DNA from: an uncultured Gemmatimonadaceae bacterium
GTDB lineage: Bacteria > Gemmatimonadota > Gemmatimonadetes > Gemmatimonadales > Gemmatimonadaceae
Direction: 5' to 3'
NCBI GenBank assembly: GCA_963761305.1
Contig: CAVXGK010000002.1
Coordinates: 1,280,001-1,344,000, forward strand
Length of the DNA: 64,000 nucleotides
Below, piece after piece: positions 55,640-64,000 of this stretch. The notes beneath the pieces were generated by a model, which saw only the letters and a list, made by a program, of their open reading frames with translations, was not told the origin of the DNA and did not search any database. Position numbers and translations under genes: made by a program. Each line of letters begins with the position of its first letter. The first letter of the stretch is position 1.

Positions 55640-56218
55640 ATTTTCGGCAGTCCGCAGCGAGCGATCGACGTGGGCTCGAGGCCGAGCGCATCGGCACGGG
55701 CCGAAACCACGGAGAGCATCGCTCGTCGGATCCGCGGGTCGTCGCGCGTTCCGGTGTTCAAATGTGGATTGTGGCCGGGAGGTGAGCGCGGTTCCACCGT
55801 CGGCGGCGAACGAAGCGTAGTCCGTCGTGCATCGACGCCGAGAGGACGCGAACTGAGGGCGGTCGTGCGTCGAGTGAACGCGGGCTGTCGACGACTGCTT
55901 CGAGCAGATGACGACGGAAACGTCGGGCGTTGACGACTAAGTTCGAGCGGCGTGGCGCGCACGCCACAGCGGTGCGAAGTGAATTCGCGTCGTGGTGAGT
56001 ACCCTTCGAGCGACGCCGGACTCACGGCGAGGACTCACGAGTTGAAATCGGGGATCGACGAGTTGGTCTCGCGATCGACGCGAGTTTTCGCCGACACATG
56101 GAACGTGAAGTCCGGCCGTGAAAGAGTGGCGTCAGTCATGCGACGCGTACGTTCGGGAATTTTCCACACGCATGCGCAGCGCGGTGGAGTGAATCGGCGG
56201 AGGCGGCGCGGGAATATC

Positions 56219-56285
56219 TGGACGTACGTGCGTCGATAGTGGATGTGCGTACGTGAACGATGGATGTGCGTGCGCACAGTCTGGT
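56219..56285. repeat. Degenerate 21-bp tandem repeat
   Basis: TGGA(C/T)GT(A/G)CGT units at 56219, 56240 and 56261, and TGGT at 56282. Confidence 0.7.
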
Positions 56286-56715
56286 CGGCCAGCGGACCGG
56301 GCGTGCATCCGCAGTGCGCGGCGAAGGCGGTTCCGCAACGCCCGCTATCACCGAGCTGCCGGTGAGATGCAGGGAAGCACGGCTGTCGAGCACTTCGGTG
56401 GTGCCGGCAAGCACTCGGCCGCAGGAGCCAGAATGCGTGCGAACTCCAGGTGACGGTGCGGTTCGGATCGAAGGGAGCGAGCGATCGGTCAATCGGCGCG
56501 GGGGCGCGGGCAACGCGCGGTTCAGCCGACCCGCGTGCACTGCCGCCGTCGGGCAAGACCAGCGTGTGCCGGGGCATTCGTCTTGGCGTCGACGGATGTG
56601 GCCCCGTCGCGCACATACATCAATGTCGCGGCAGCACCGTTTGCAGCGTGTGATCGAAGCTTGCGACCCGAGCGCGGCGCGATGACGACGCAGGTTAGTC
56701 GATGCTCGCGAGGGA

Positions 56716-57182
56716 AAGTCGGACGCCGGACATGATAAGTCCGGCGTCCGCACGAGAAAGTCGAACGCTCGATGATGCAAGTCTGTCGCCCGGACATCCC
56801 AGTCGTGCGGAACCGACGGAAAATGGCTTGGGAGGCTGGCGAAGTCTGGCGCGGGCAATGCGAAATGACTCACTGCCCGAACGAAATCGCGTGACCACCG
56901 GGAGAAGTCGGAGGCCGGGCGAGGCAAGTGATTCGCGCACGGCCGCTTGTCGTCGTCGCGGTGCGGGATATCGAGCAATCGCCGAGGCAGGTCGTTCGAT
57001 GTTCGGTGGAAATCGGCCGCCCGGAGCGTAAAGGCGTCCGCGCGTTCGGGAATCCTCGCCGACCCGGAGTTCAAGTGAAGCGCCGGAGCGGACAAGCCGG
57101 GCGAGCGCGCAACAATGTCCCGCCGCGAACCCATCCAGTCGACCGACGTTCAAGGCAGGTCGTCCGTCGGGCGACGCAACTC
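56716..57182. repeat. 23-unit array with exact 21-bp period: AAGTC-like core + variable 16-nt spacer
   Basis: Cores at 56716+21n: AAGTC x4, CAGTC, AAATG, AAGTC, AAATG, AAATC, AAGTC, AAGTG ... CAGTC, AGGTC, AACTC. Confidence 0.8.
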
Positions 57183-57313
57183 AAACGAGCGGCCGTCGCG
57201 GATCACTGGCATCGTCAACGAGCAGCGACATCGCTGAGTCGGGAAAAGCAAAGTCGGCGGACGCAGGAACCTTGCACGCCGCTGGTGTATCCAGCGCGTC
57301 CACCATCCCAACG

Positions 57314-58141
57314 ATGACCGCCGGAGGGTATGTGCGCTACCGCGGTTCGATCCTCGTCGCCGTCGTCGTTCCCTCGCTTCTCGCGGCGCAAGCGACGCCC
57401 GCCAGCGGGCCGCGGAGCGACGTCATCCTATCGTTCGAGAACTTCGCGGACCTCTTCGGCAGCCGCCTCGTCGCGGCCTTCGATTCGATTCCGGCAGCGC
57501 GCTACGACTATCGACCGACAACCGCACAGCAGACGATCGGCTACATCGCGCAGCACCTCGAGAACGCGAACTACAGTCTCTGCGAGAGCTTCGCCGACAT
57601 AAAGCATCGGCGAACGCGAAAGGACTCGCTGCCGGACACCGTGAAAGCGCGTTGGCCGAAGGACACGCTCGTCGCTCGGCTAGCGGCATCGCTCCGCTTC
57701 TGCGACACGACCCTCGAGCGTGTGAGCCAACTGCAGTCCGGGGCGCTCGCGAGCTCGCTGCTCGCGTTCGAGACCGACTTGGCCGAGCACTACAGCCAGT
57801 TATCGGCGTACATGAGACTGCTCGGCATCGTTCCGCCATCGGCGCTCCCGCCTGTGCCGCGCCAGACAATCGAGCTGCGGGCCTCCGCCCTCGCGCCGCT
57901 GGTCGGCGTCTATCAGATCGTCGCCGGGCGGCGACTCGACGTGACGATGCATGACGGAATGCTCTTCGTGAAATCCTCAGGTGGCGGCGCGACGGTGCGA
58001 CTCTGGCCCGTGGGCCCGAACGATTTCTTCGTGAACGAGGTGGACGCACAGATCGCCTTCACCCGCGATTCGCGCGGCGCGGTCGCTGGGCTCGTCGTGC
58101 ACCAATACGGTCGTGACCGGCTGGCGGCGCGGGTGAGATGA
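57314..58141 (+). CDS. Exported DinB-family protein with C-terminal DUF3471-like domain
   Basis: YDYRPT, IAQHL and EHYSQLSAYMRLLGIVPPS, followed by LVGVY...F.RD..G.V.GL. Confidence 0.85.
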   Translation: MTAGGYVRYRGSILVAVVVPSLLAAQATPASGPRSDVILSFENFADLFGSRLVAAFDSIPAARYDYRPTTAQQTIGYIAQHLENANYSLCESFADIKHRRTRKDSLPDTVKARWPKDTLVARLAASLRFCDTTLERVSQLQSGALASSLLAFETDLAEHYSQLSAYMRLLGIVPPSALPPVPRQTIELRASALAPLVGVYQIVAGRRLDVTMHDGMLFVKSSGGGATVRLWPVGPNDFFVNEVDAQIAFTRDSRGAVAGLVVHQYGRDRLAARVR

Positions 58142-58197
58142 GGACGGTGGACGGCGCTTACGTTCCGGGACCGCGTTCAAGCGCACAGGAGGGCGGC

Positions 58198-59190
58198 ATG
58201 CACGGCCTGGCTCGATGGAGACTCTTCGCGCGTGTGATCGGCATCGCACTGCTCGCAATCCCGACGTACGCCGTCGTGGCGCAGCAGCCACGCGCCGCCG
58301 CGGACACGGTCGCGATCGCGGCACTCGCTCGCGATCTCTCGTCCGACGCCAATCGCGGACGCGGCCCGTGGACGCCCGAGAACGCCCGCGTCGCCCGTCA
58401 GCTCTCACGGATGCTCGACCAGCTCGGCGCGCGTCCGGTGTTCGGCAACTCGACGCTCGTGCCGTTCACCACGGAGCCGCGCCCAAAGGACACGGTCTAC
58501 AACGTCGTCGGCGTGTTCCCGGCTCGCGGCGGCGTCACGTCGGGTGAGCTGGTGGGCATGACGGCGCATCTCGATCACCTCGGCGTCGGTCCGCCGGACG
58601 CGACCGGCGACTCGATCTACAACGGCTTTCTCGACGACGCCGTGTCGATCGCGATGATCACCGATGTCGCGCGTCGCTACGTGCAGTCGCCCGGCGACCG
58701 TCCGCTGGTCGTAATGTTCTTCAATCTCGAGGAGCAGCAACTGCTCGGCGCGAAGGCGCTCGCGGCGCGGCCGGACGCCGCGCCGTTCATCGATCGTCTC
58801 AAGCTGCTGATCGGGGTCGATGCCGGCTCGCCGGCCGGCGAAGCGTTGACCTGGCAGATCATGGGCGGCGAGCCGCCGAACGCCGGAGCGCGCATCGCCG
58901 ACTCGCTCGCGCGGGCGCACGGATGGACGACGACGCCGTCGGTGGCGCGGCCGATCAACGACGTCTTCGTGTTCTCGCAACGCGGCGTGCCGATCGTGTT
59001 TCCGATTCCGGGCGCGACCTGGCGCGGCTACACCAAAGAGCAGCACGACGACGCCATGCGCAAATTCGATCACTATCATCAGCCCGCGGATCAGTGGCGG
59101 CCGGACTTTCCGTGGACCGGCACCGCGGCATACGCAGAGTGGCTGTGGCAGATCGTTCAGCGGGCGACGGACAGGCGAGAACGGCTCTGA
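58198..59190 (+). CDS. M28 family metallopeptidase
   Basis: AHLDHLG, DSIYNGFLDD, EEQQLLG and YHQPAD. AGGAGG SD before ATG 58198. Confidence 0.9.
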   Translation: MHGLARWRLFARVIGIALLAIPTYAVVAQQPRAAADTVAIAALARDLSSDANRGRGPWTPENARVARQLSRMLDQLGARPVFGNSTLVPFTTEPRPKDTVYNVVGVFPARGGVTSGELVGMTAHLDHLGVGPPDATGDSIYNGFLDDAVSIAMITDVARRYVQSPGDRPLVVMFFNLEEQQLLGAKALAARPDAAPFIDRLKLLIGVDAGSPAGEALTWQIMGGEPPNAGARIADSLARAHGWTTTPSVARPINDVFVFSQRGVPIVFPIPGATWRGYTKEQHDDAMRKFDHYHQPADQWRPDFPWTGTAAYAEWLWQIVQRATDRRERL

Positions 59191-59281
59191 CGGCTTGACG
59201 GCCTGACGGCTTGACCCGGCACGGCGTGCCCGAACGTGCTCGCGGGTCGTCGTATATCAGATCCCTTATCGGACCTGCTGA

Positions 59282-61684
59282 CTGCCGACGCCGAACCTGC
59301 GCTACGCGCTTCGCTCGCTCGCCAAGAGCCCCGTCTTCACAGCCGTGGCGGCACTCTCGCTCGCCCTCGCGCTGGCGGTGAACACGACGATGTTCGCGCT
59401 CGTCGACGCGGTGCTCTTTCCCACCGTGCCGTACCACGATGGGGGACGCGCGTACTCGGTTGGCTACACGCCGGCCGGCAGGAACACGTCGACGTACGAA
59501 GAGCGATTCGACGCGATGAGGCGCGGACTTCGGTCGGTGGACGCTGTGGTGCCGTACTACCTCACGCCCGCAAGCATCGAGCGCGACAACACGATCGAGG
59601 ACGCCCTCGTCGCCAACGCATCGTCGGAGTTGTTCGACGTGCTCGGCGTGCGACCGGAAGTCGGGCGGGCGTTCAACGAGAGCGACACGCGTCCCGGCGC
59701 GCTTCCCGTGGTGATGATCAGCTACGAGCTCTGGCTCCGGCTCTTCCACGAGCAACCGCTCGCGAAGCATCTCTCGCTCGGCGTGGGACGCGGAAACTAT
59801 GAAGTCATCGGCGTGATGCCGCGCGGAATGCACTTCCCCGCGAACGACGTCTGGCTCCCGCCGGGCAAGCTGGTGGGCGACAGTCTCGTGAAGCCGATGG
59901 GTCCGTTCGCCGTGGTGAAAACGAAAGCCGGCGTCACGCGGGACGCGATGCAACGTGAGATGGACGTCGTGTTCGCCGGACTGAACGCCGCCGTCGTTCC
60001 ACGATCCCCCGTCGCCGTCCGACTCGTGGCGTTCACCGGCGGCAATAGCGGCCGCAATCTCTCCGGCGGCCCGTACGTGATGTTTCTCGTCGTCGGCACC
60101 GTGCTCCTCATCGCCTGCGCCAACCTCGGCACGATGCTCCTCGCGCGCGGCATGGCGCGCCGGCGCGAGATCGCGATCCGCATCGCGCTCGGCGCGACGC
60201 GGCGGGCAATCGCGACGCAGGTGCTCACCGAGTGCGCCGTCATCGTTGGCGTTGGCGTCGGCGTGGGGATGCTGCTCACGTCGTGGGCTGTGTATCTCCT
60301 GCCGCACTACGCGACGCCGTATGCGCCGAACATCGGCGACATGCAGCCGACACCGAGTTGGCGCGTGTTCGGGTTCGCTCTCGCGATCGCCAGCGTCACG
60401 CTGTTCCTGGCGAGTGCCTTACCAGCCTGGCGCGCCGCGCGCACCGATCCGGCCGAGCCGATCAAGGAAGGCGCCGGCTCGACGGGACGCATTCGCGATC
60501 GATACAACCCGCTCATCGTCGTCGAGGTGGCGCTGTCGACGGCGCTCCTGATGACCGCCGCGCTGTTCATTCTCGCGGTCGCACGCCTCACCGCCTTCGA
60601 TTTCAGCTACGCGGCGAAACAGCTTCAGACGGTGGATCTCTTCATCCGAAAGCGCGACATGCCCGCCGACTTCGCCGCGGAACGCTTCTATGACGATCTC
60701 GTCGTACGGATCAAGGGTCTACCGGGCGTGCGCGACGCCGCGACGTTGCACATCGAGAAGCCAAAAGGTGGAATCGTCTTCGCCGAGGAAGGAAAGAGCG
60801 GCGACCACTGGATGAACCTGAACGAGTACAGCGCCGTGAGTCCGTCGTATCTCGACGCGCTGGGCATTCCTATGGTCGACGGGCGTGACTTTGAGGCGGG
60901 CGATCGCGTCAGCGGAACTGGCGTCGTGATCGTCGACGACAGCGCGGCTCGTCGCCTCTGGCCCGGACTCGCGTCGCCGGTGGGACGCATGATCAAGCTC
61001 GGCACGCGCGAATCGCCGCTGCCGTGGCTTCGCGTCGTCGGCGTGGCGAGATCGGTGGAGTTTCAACCTCGATCAGACGTCGATCTGCCGCCCGAGCCGA
61101 AGCTCTACGTGCTGTACGGCCACGACGTCGAACGCGATCGACAGCTCGTGGTGCGCGGCGACGGGGTCGGCGGCTCCGGAGGTCAGGCGCGGCTGGGCGT
61201 GGCCATTCGGCACGAGCTCTTGAGCATTGCGCCCTGGATGTACGTGCGGGTACGCCGCTGGCTCGAGGGATACGACGGGAAGCGCCAAGGCAGCGCGTTC
61301 CTCGCGTCGATGTTCACCGCGTTCGGCGTGTTCGGGTTGGTGTTGTGCGCCGTGGGTCTGTACGGCGTCGTCGCTTACACGGTGAGCCGCCGCCTGCGCG
61401 AATTGGCGACGCGCATCGCGCTCGGCGCACAATCGCGCGACATCGTGCGCGCGGTGCTCCATGACTGCGCGGTCACGGTGCTGGCGGGGATAGGCGTCGG
61501 CGCGTTCCTGGCGTTGGGCGTGACGCGTCCCTTCGCCGACAGCATGTTCAACCTGAAGTACGAGTTGGCTGTGGCGCTGATTGCGTCCGAGACATTGCTG
61601 TTCGGCGCGGCGGTACTGGCCTGCGTGGGGCCAATCCGGCGAGCGGTTCGCGCGAATCCGGTGGAGATTCTGCGCGCCGGCTGA
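59282..61684 (+). CDS. ADOP-type duplicated ABC permease
   Basis: LRYALRSLAKSPVFT N-terminus (needs a CTG start at 59282), LLIACANL, RRLRELATRIALGA and RANPVEILR. Confidence 0.9.
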   Translation: MPTPNLRYALRSLAKSPVFTAVAALSLALALAVNTTMFALVDAVLFPTVPYHDGGRAYSVGYTPAGRNTSTYEERFDAMRRGLRSVDAVVPYYLTPASIERDNTIEDALVANASSELFDVLGVRPEVGRAFNESDTRPGALPVVMISYELWLRLFHEQPLAKHLSLGVGRGNYEVIGVMPRGMHFPANDVWLPPGKLVGDSLVKPMGPFAVVKTKAGVTRDAMQREMDVVFAGLNAAVVPRSPVAVRLVAFTGGNSGRNLSGGPYVMFLVVGTVLLIACANLGTMLLARGMARRREIAIRIALGATRRAIATQVLTECAVIVGVGVGVGMLLTSWAVYLLPHYATPYAPNIGDMQPTPSWRVFGFALAIASVTLFLASALPAWRAARTDPAEPIKEGAGSTGRIRDRYNPLIVVEVALSTALLMTAALFILAVARLTAFDFSYAAKQLQTVDLFIRKRDMPADFAAERFYDDLVVRIKGLPGVRDAATLHIEKPKGGIVFAEEGKSGDHWMNLNEYSAVSPSYLDALGIPMVDGRDFEAGDRVSGTGVVIVDDSAARRLWPGLASPVGRMIKLGTRESPLPWLRVVGVARSVEFQPRSDVDLPPEPKLYVLYGHDVERDRQLVVRGDGVGGSGGQARLGVAIRHELLSIAPWMYVRVRRWLEGYDGKRQGSAFLASMFTAFGVFGLVLCAVGLYGVVAYTVSRRLRELATRIALGAQSRDIVRAVLHDCAVTVLAGIGVGAFLALGVTRPFADSMFNLKYELAVALIASETLLFGAAVLACVGPIRRAVRANPVEILRAG

Positions 61685-61760
61685 GGTGGCGGGTGGACGG
61701 GTGGACCGGGTGGACCGGGACGGTGGACCGGTGGACCGGTGGACCGGTGGACCGGTGGAC
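61685..61760 (+). repeat. GGTGGACC octamer microsatellite (~9 copies)
   Basis: ggtggacgggtggaccgggtggaccgggacggtggaccggtggacc... right after the permease stop codon. Confidence 0.85.
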
Positions 61761-61820
61761 AGGTTAGAATAGCGCGCGATCATTCAACGAACCGCTATCC
61801 GCGCTGAGACCAGTCGACAC

Positions 61821-62216
61821 ATGGACGACCTCATCACCGCCGCCGAGGCTGCGCGACTCCTGCATCTGCACGTCAAACGGGTGCAGCACCTCGCTCGCAC
61901 GGGGCAACTCCCCGCGACGCGCTTCGGACACAAGTGGCTGTTCTCGCGTTCGCGGCTCCTGGCCACGTCGCCGACGCCGTCCACTCCTCAACCGGCGTCG
62001 GAGGCGCTCGAGATCAGCGCGAGAAATCGGCTTCGCGGAACGATCACGTCGATCCTCGCCGACGGCGTGATGGCGGAGATCCGGGTTCAGGTGGGCGATC
62101 AGGAAATCGTCTCGATCATCACCCGCTCGTCGGCCGAGCGCCTTCGGCTCGCGGTCGGAGACCAGGTATTCGCCGTCGTGAAGTCGACGGAGGTCATGAT
62201 CGCCAAGTCTGGGTAG
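61821..62216 (+). CDS. Excisionase-type HTH + TOBE molybdate-responsive regulator (ModE-like)
   Basis: LITAAEAARLL...GQLPATRFGHKW, ISARNRL, SIITRSS and VKSTEV. Confidence 0.92.
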   Translation: MDDLITAAEAARLLHLHVKRVQHLARTGQLPATRFGHKWLFSRSRLLATSPTPSTPQPASEALEISARNRLRGTITSILADGVMAEIRVQVGDQEIVSIITRSSAERLRLAVGDQVFAVVKSTEVMIAKSG

Positions 62217-62355
62217 AACGATCTTGATACGACCGGATATTCCCTAAATATCCCTCGGTGGCTACGATAAGCCATCAAAATGTGCCGTGACGGGGTGTGC
62301 GGGGAGGCCGCCGAACCCTGACGGCCCCCCACCGAGAGACCGACACGTGCCCTGT

Positions 62356-63207
62356 ATGACCCGTGTTCGAAGCATCGCATTTCCCCTCGTCGTTTTCGCT
62401 GCGCTAGCTCCACGCGCTCACGCGCAGTCCACGCCACCGAACGAAGGCGGATTTTGGGACCGCTGGTTCGAGCGTTCAGATAAGTCGAAGGCTGAGCAGC
62501 CGCACTGGCTCACGCCGCTCGCGATGACGACCCCGCGACTCGAGCAGGAATTCCGCTACGACGTGAACTGGTCGCAGGCGCGTCCCGGCGCGCCGTACAC
62601 CGAGAACTTCGGCAACACCAAGGGCCTCGAGCTGATTCCGTTCGAGAACGTGGAGATCATCGCCGGCATCCCGGGCTACGTCGTGCACAACAATCCGGCG
62701 ACGCCGAACGGGTGGGGCGACTTTCAGCTGCTCGTGAAATACCGGATTCTTTCCTCGAACGAGCAGCACGACAACTACATCCTCACCGCCTTCCTCAGCG
62801 AGACGTTTCCCACGGCGACGAACAAGAATGGCCAGCTCAAGTCCGTCGTCACGCCGACGATCGCCTACGGCAAGGGATGGGGCGATTTCGACATGCAGGG
62901 AACGGTTGGCGCGGCCGAGCCGCTCGCGCTGACGTCGACGATCGGCCGAACCTACACATGGAACCACAGCTTCCAGGTGCACGTGTTGTCAAAGGCGTGG
63001 CCGGAGGTGGAGATCAACCAGACGTGGTTCTCGGGCGGCAAGAATGACGGAAAGGAACAGACGTTCATCACGCCCGGAGTCGTCGTGGGCCGGATGCGCC
63101 TCACCGATCGGGTCGGGTTGACGATGGGAGCCGGCGTGCAGATCGCCGTGTCGCAGTTTCATACCAACAATCACAACATCATTCTCTCGGCGCGATTCCC
63201 ATTCTAA
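62356..63207 (+). CDS. Putative outer membrane beta-barrel / transporter
   Basis: Signal peptide ...RAHAQ, TTPRLEQEFRYD, GWGD...KYR, and terminal ARFPF. Confidence 0.8.
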   Translation: MTRVRSIAFPLVVFAALAPRAHAQSTPPNEGGFWDRWFERSDKSKAEQPHWLTPLAMTTPRLEQEFRYDVNWSQARPGAPYTENFGNTKGLELIPFENVEIIAGIPGYVVHNNPATPNGWGDFQLLVKYRILSSNEQHDNYILTAFLSETFPTATNKNGQLKSVVTPTIAYGKGWGDFDMQGTVGAAEPLALTSTIGRTYTWNHSFQVHVLSKAWPEVEINQTWFSGGKNDGKEQTFITPGVVVGRMRLTDRVGLTMGAGVQIAVSQFHTNNHNIILSARFPF

Positions 63208-63215
63208 GACGCATC

Positions 63216-64000
63216 ATGCGCACACCTCGCGGAAATCGTGCTCGCCGTGTCACCGCGGCCGCGGCGCTCGTCGCCGCGGCCGCTGCGCTGGCCTCGTCGA
63301 ATGAGACCACGCGTCGCGCCGCCGCCGGTCCGCCGACGCGCGCGACGAACCTTCTCGTCATGAACGCGGCGTCCATCACGAAACCGGTGCGCGCCCTCCT
63401 CGACAGCTTCGCGGCGCACACCGGCGAGAAATACGACCTCGAGCCGGGCGCGAGCCTCGAGGTCGCGCGGCGACTCACCGAGCTGCATCGTACGCCCGAC
63501 GTGCTGCTGCTCGCCGACCCCGAAGTCTTCCCGCAGCTCCTGATGCCGAAGTACGTCCACTGGTACGCGCTCTTCGCCCGCAATCGGATCGTGCTCGCCT
63601 ACACGCCGAAATCGCGCGGCGCTGCCACGATCAACGGCGACAACTGGCGCACCGTCATCATGCAACCGGGGGTGGAGGTCGGCCGCGCCGATCCGAACAC
63701 CGATCCGTCGGGCTACCGCACACTGCTCACGATGAAGCTCGCCGAGGAGCACTACCGAGAGCCGGGGTTGTACGACCGGTTGTTGGCCGCCGCACCGACG
63801 CGCAACGTTCGTCCGCGCGAGGCCGACCAGGTCGCGCTCCTGCAAACGGGTGAGCTCGACTACATCTGGACCTATCAGAATCTCGCCGAGAACGACGGGT
63901 TGAAGTTCATGAGGCTGCCGGACGCGATCGACCTCGGGAATCCCGCCGACAGCGCGACATATGCACACGCCACGACGCGCGTGATCGGTAAACAGCCCGG
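63216..64000 (+). CDS. WtpA-type tungstate/molybdate ABC substrate-binding protein (partial, not in ORF track)
   Basis: Hand translation gives NAASIT, GASLEVARRLTEL, FARNRIVLAYT, DPNTDPSGYR, RPRE and GELDY. It lies next to the TOBE regulator. Confidence 0.85.
   Translation, partial: MRTPRGNRARRVTAAAALVAAAAALASSNETTRRAAAGPPTRATNLLVMNAASITKPVRALLDSFAAHTGEKYDLEPGASLEVARRLTELHRTPDVLLLADPEVFPQLLMPKYVHWYALFARNRIVLAYTPKSRGAATINGDNWRTVIMQPGVEVGRADPNTDPSGYRTLLTMKLAEEHYREPGLYDRLLAAAPTRNVRPREADQVALLQTGELDYIWTYQNLAENDGLKFMRLPDAIDLGNPADSATYAHATTRVIGKQP

Noticed and set aside
55456..57134. ORF-track entries in the gene-free tract as real proteins
   Set aside because: No recognisable motifs or clear ribosome-binding sites, and low-complexity composition. 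The heptad pattern of 56136-57134 mirrors a DNA periodicity that continues past an in-frame stop. Coding is not fully excluded.
56716..57182. CRISPR array
   Set aside because: The conserved part is only ~5 nt and degenerate, the unit is 21 bp, and there is no leader or cas gene in the window.
61821..62216. Prophage excisionase
   Set aside because: The HTH is fused to a TOBE domain beside a Mo/W transporter, and no integrase or phage genes are present.

Overview
This is a GC-rich bacterial chromosome segment whose gene content and style suggest Gemmatimonadota (inference). It holds about 58 protein genes. I found no rRNA, tRNA, CRISPR array or IS element. The main blocks are: tilS-hpt-ftsH; a metallopeptidase/propeller outer-membrane protein, TonB receptor and GDPD; an ECF sigma/anti-sigma operon with three exported HEAT-repeat proteins; dut and pepN; an osmoprotectant-type ABC transporter coupled to a lytic transglycosylase; PadR plus an ADOP permease; fahA; a hydroxyproline catabolic cluster (with a frameshift in the DapA-family deaminase) facing a TSUP transporter; a DosR-like stress island (porin, USP, PNPOx-like protein, two kinases, NarL regulator, YceI); an RCC1/Ig lipoprotein; DinB, M28 peptidase and a second ADOP permease; and a ModE-like regulator, beta-barrel and WtpA-type oxyanion-binding protein. 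Four unexplained signals stand out. (1) A ~1.9 kb gene-free tract contains a 23-unit array with an exact 21-bp period, a conserved AAGTC-like core and variable spacers. (2) A self-contained promoter-to-terminator unit carries a 13-nt perfect complement of the 16S rRNA 3' end, a 14-codon ORF and strong RNA structure. (3) A GTCGGGG-N3-CCCCGAC palindrome recurs upstream of four genes of the stress island. (4) Several genes show leaderless or non-canonical start signatures.
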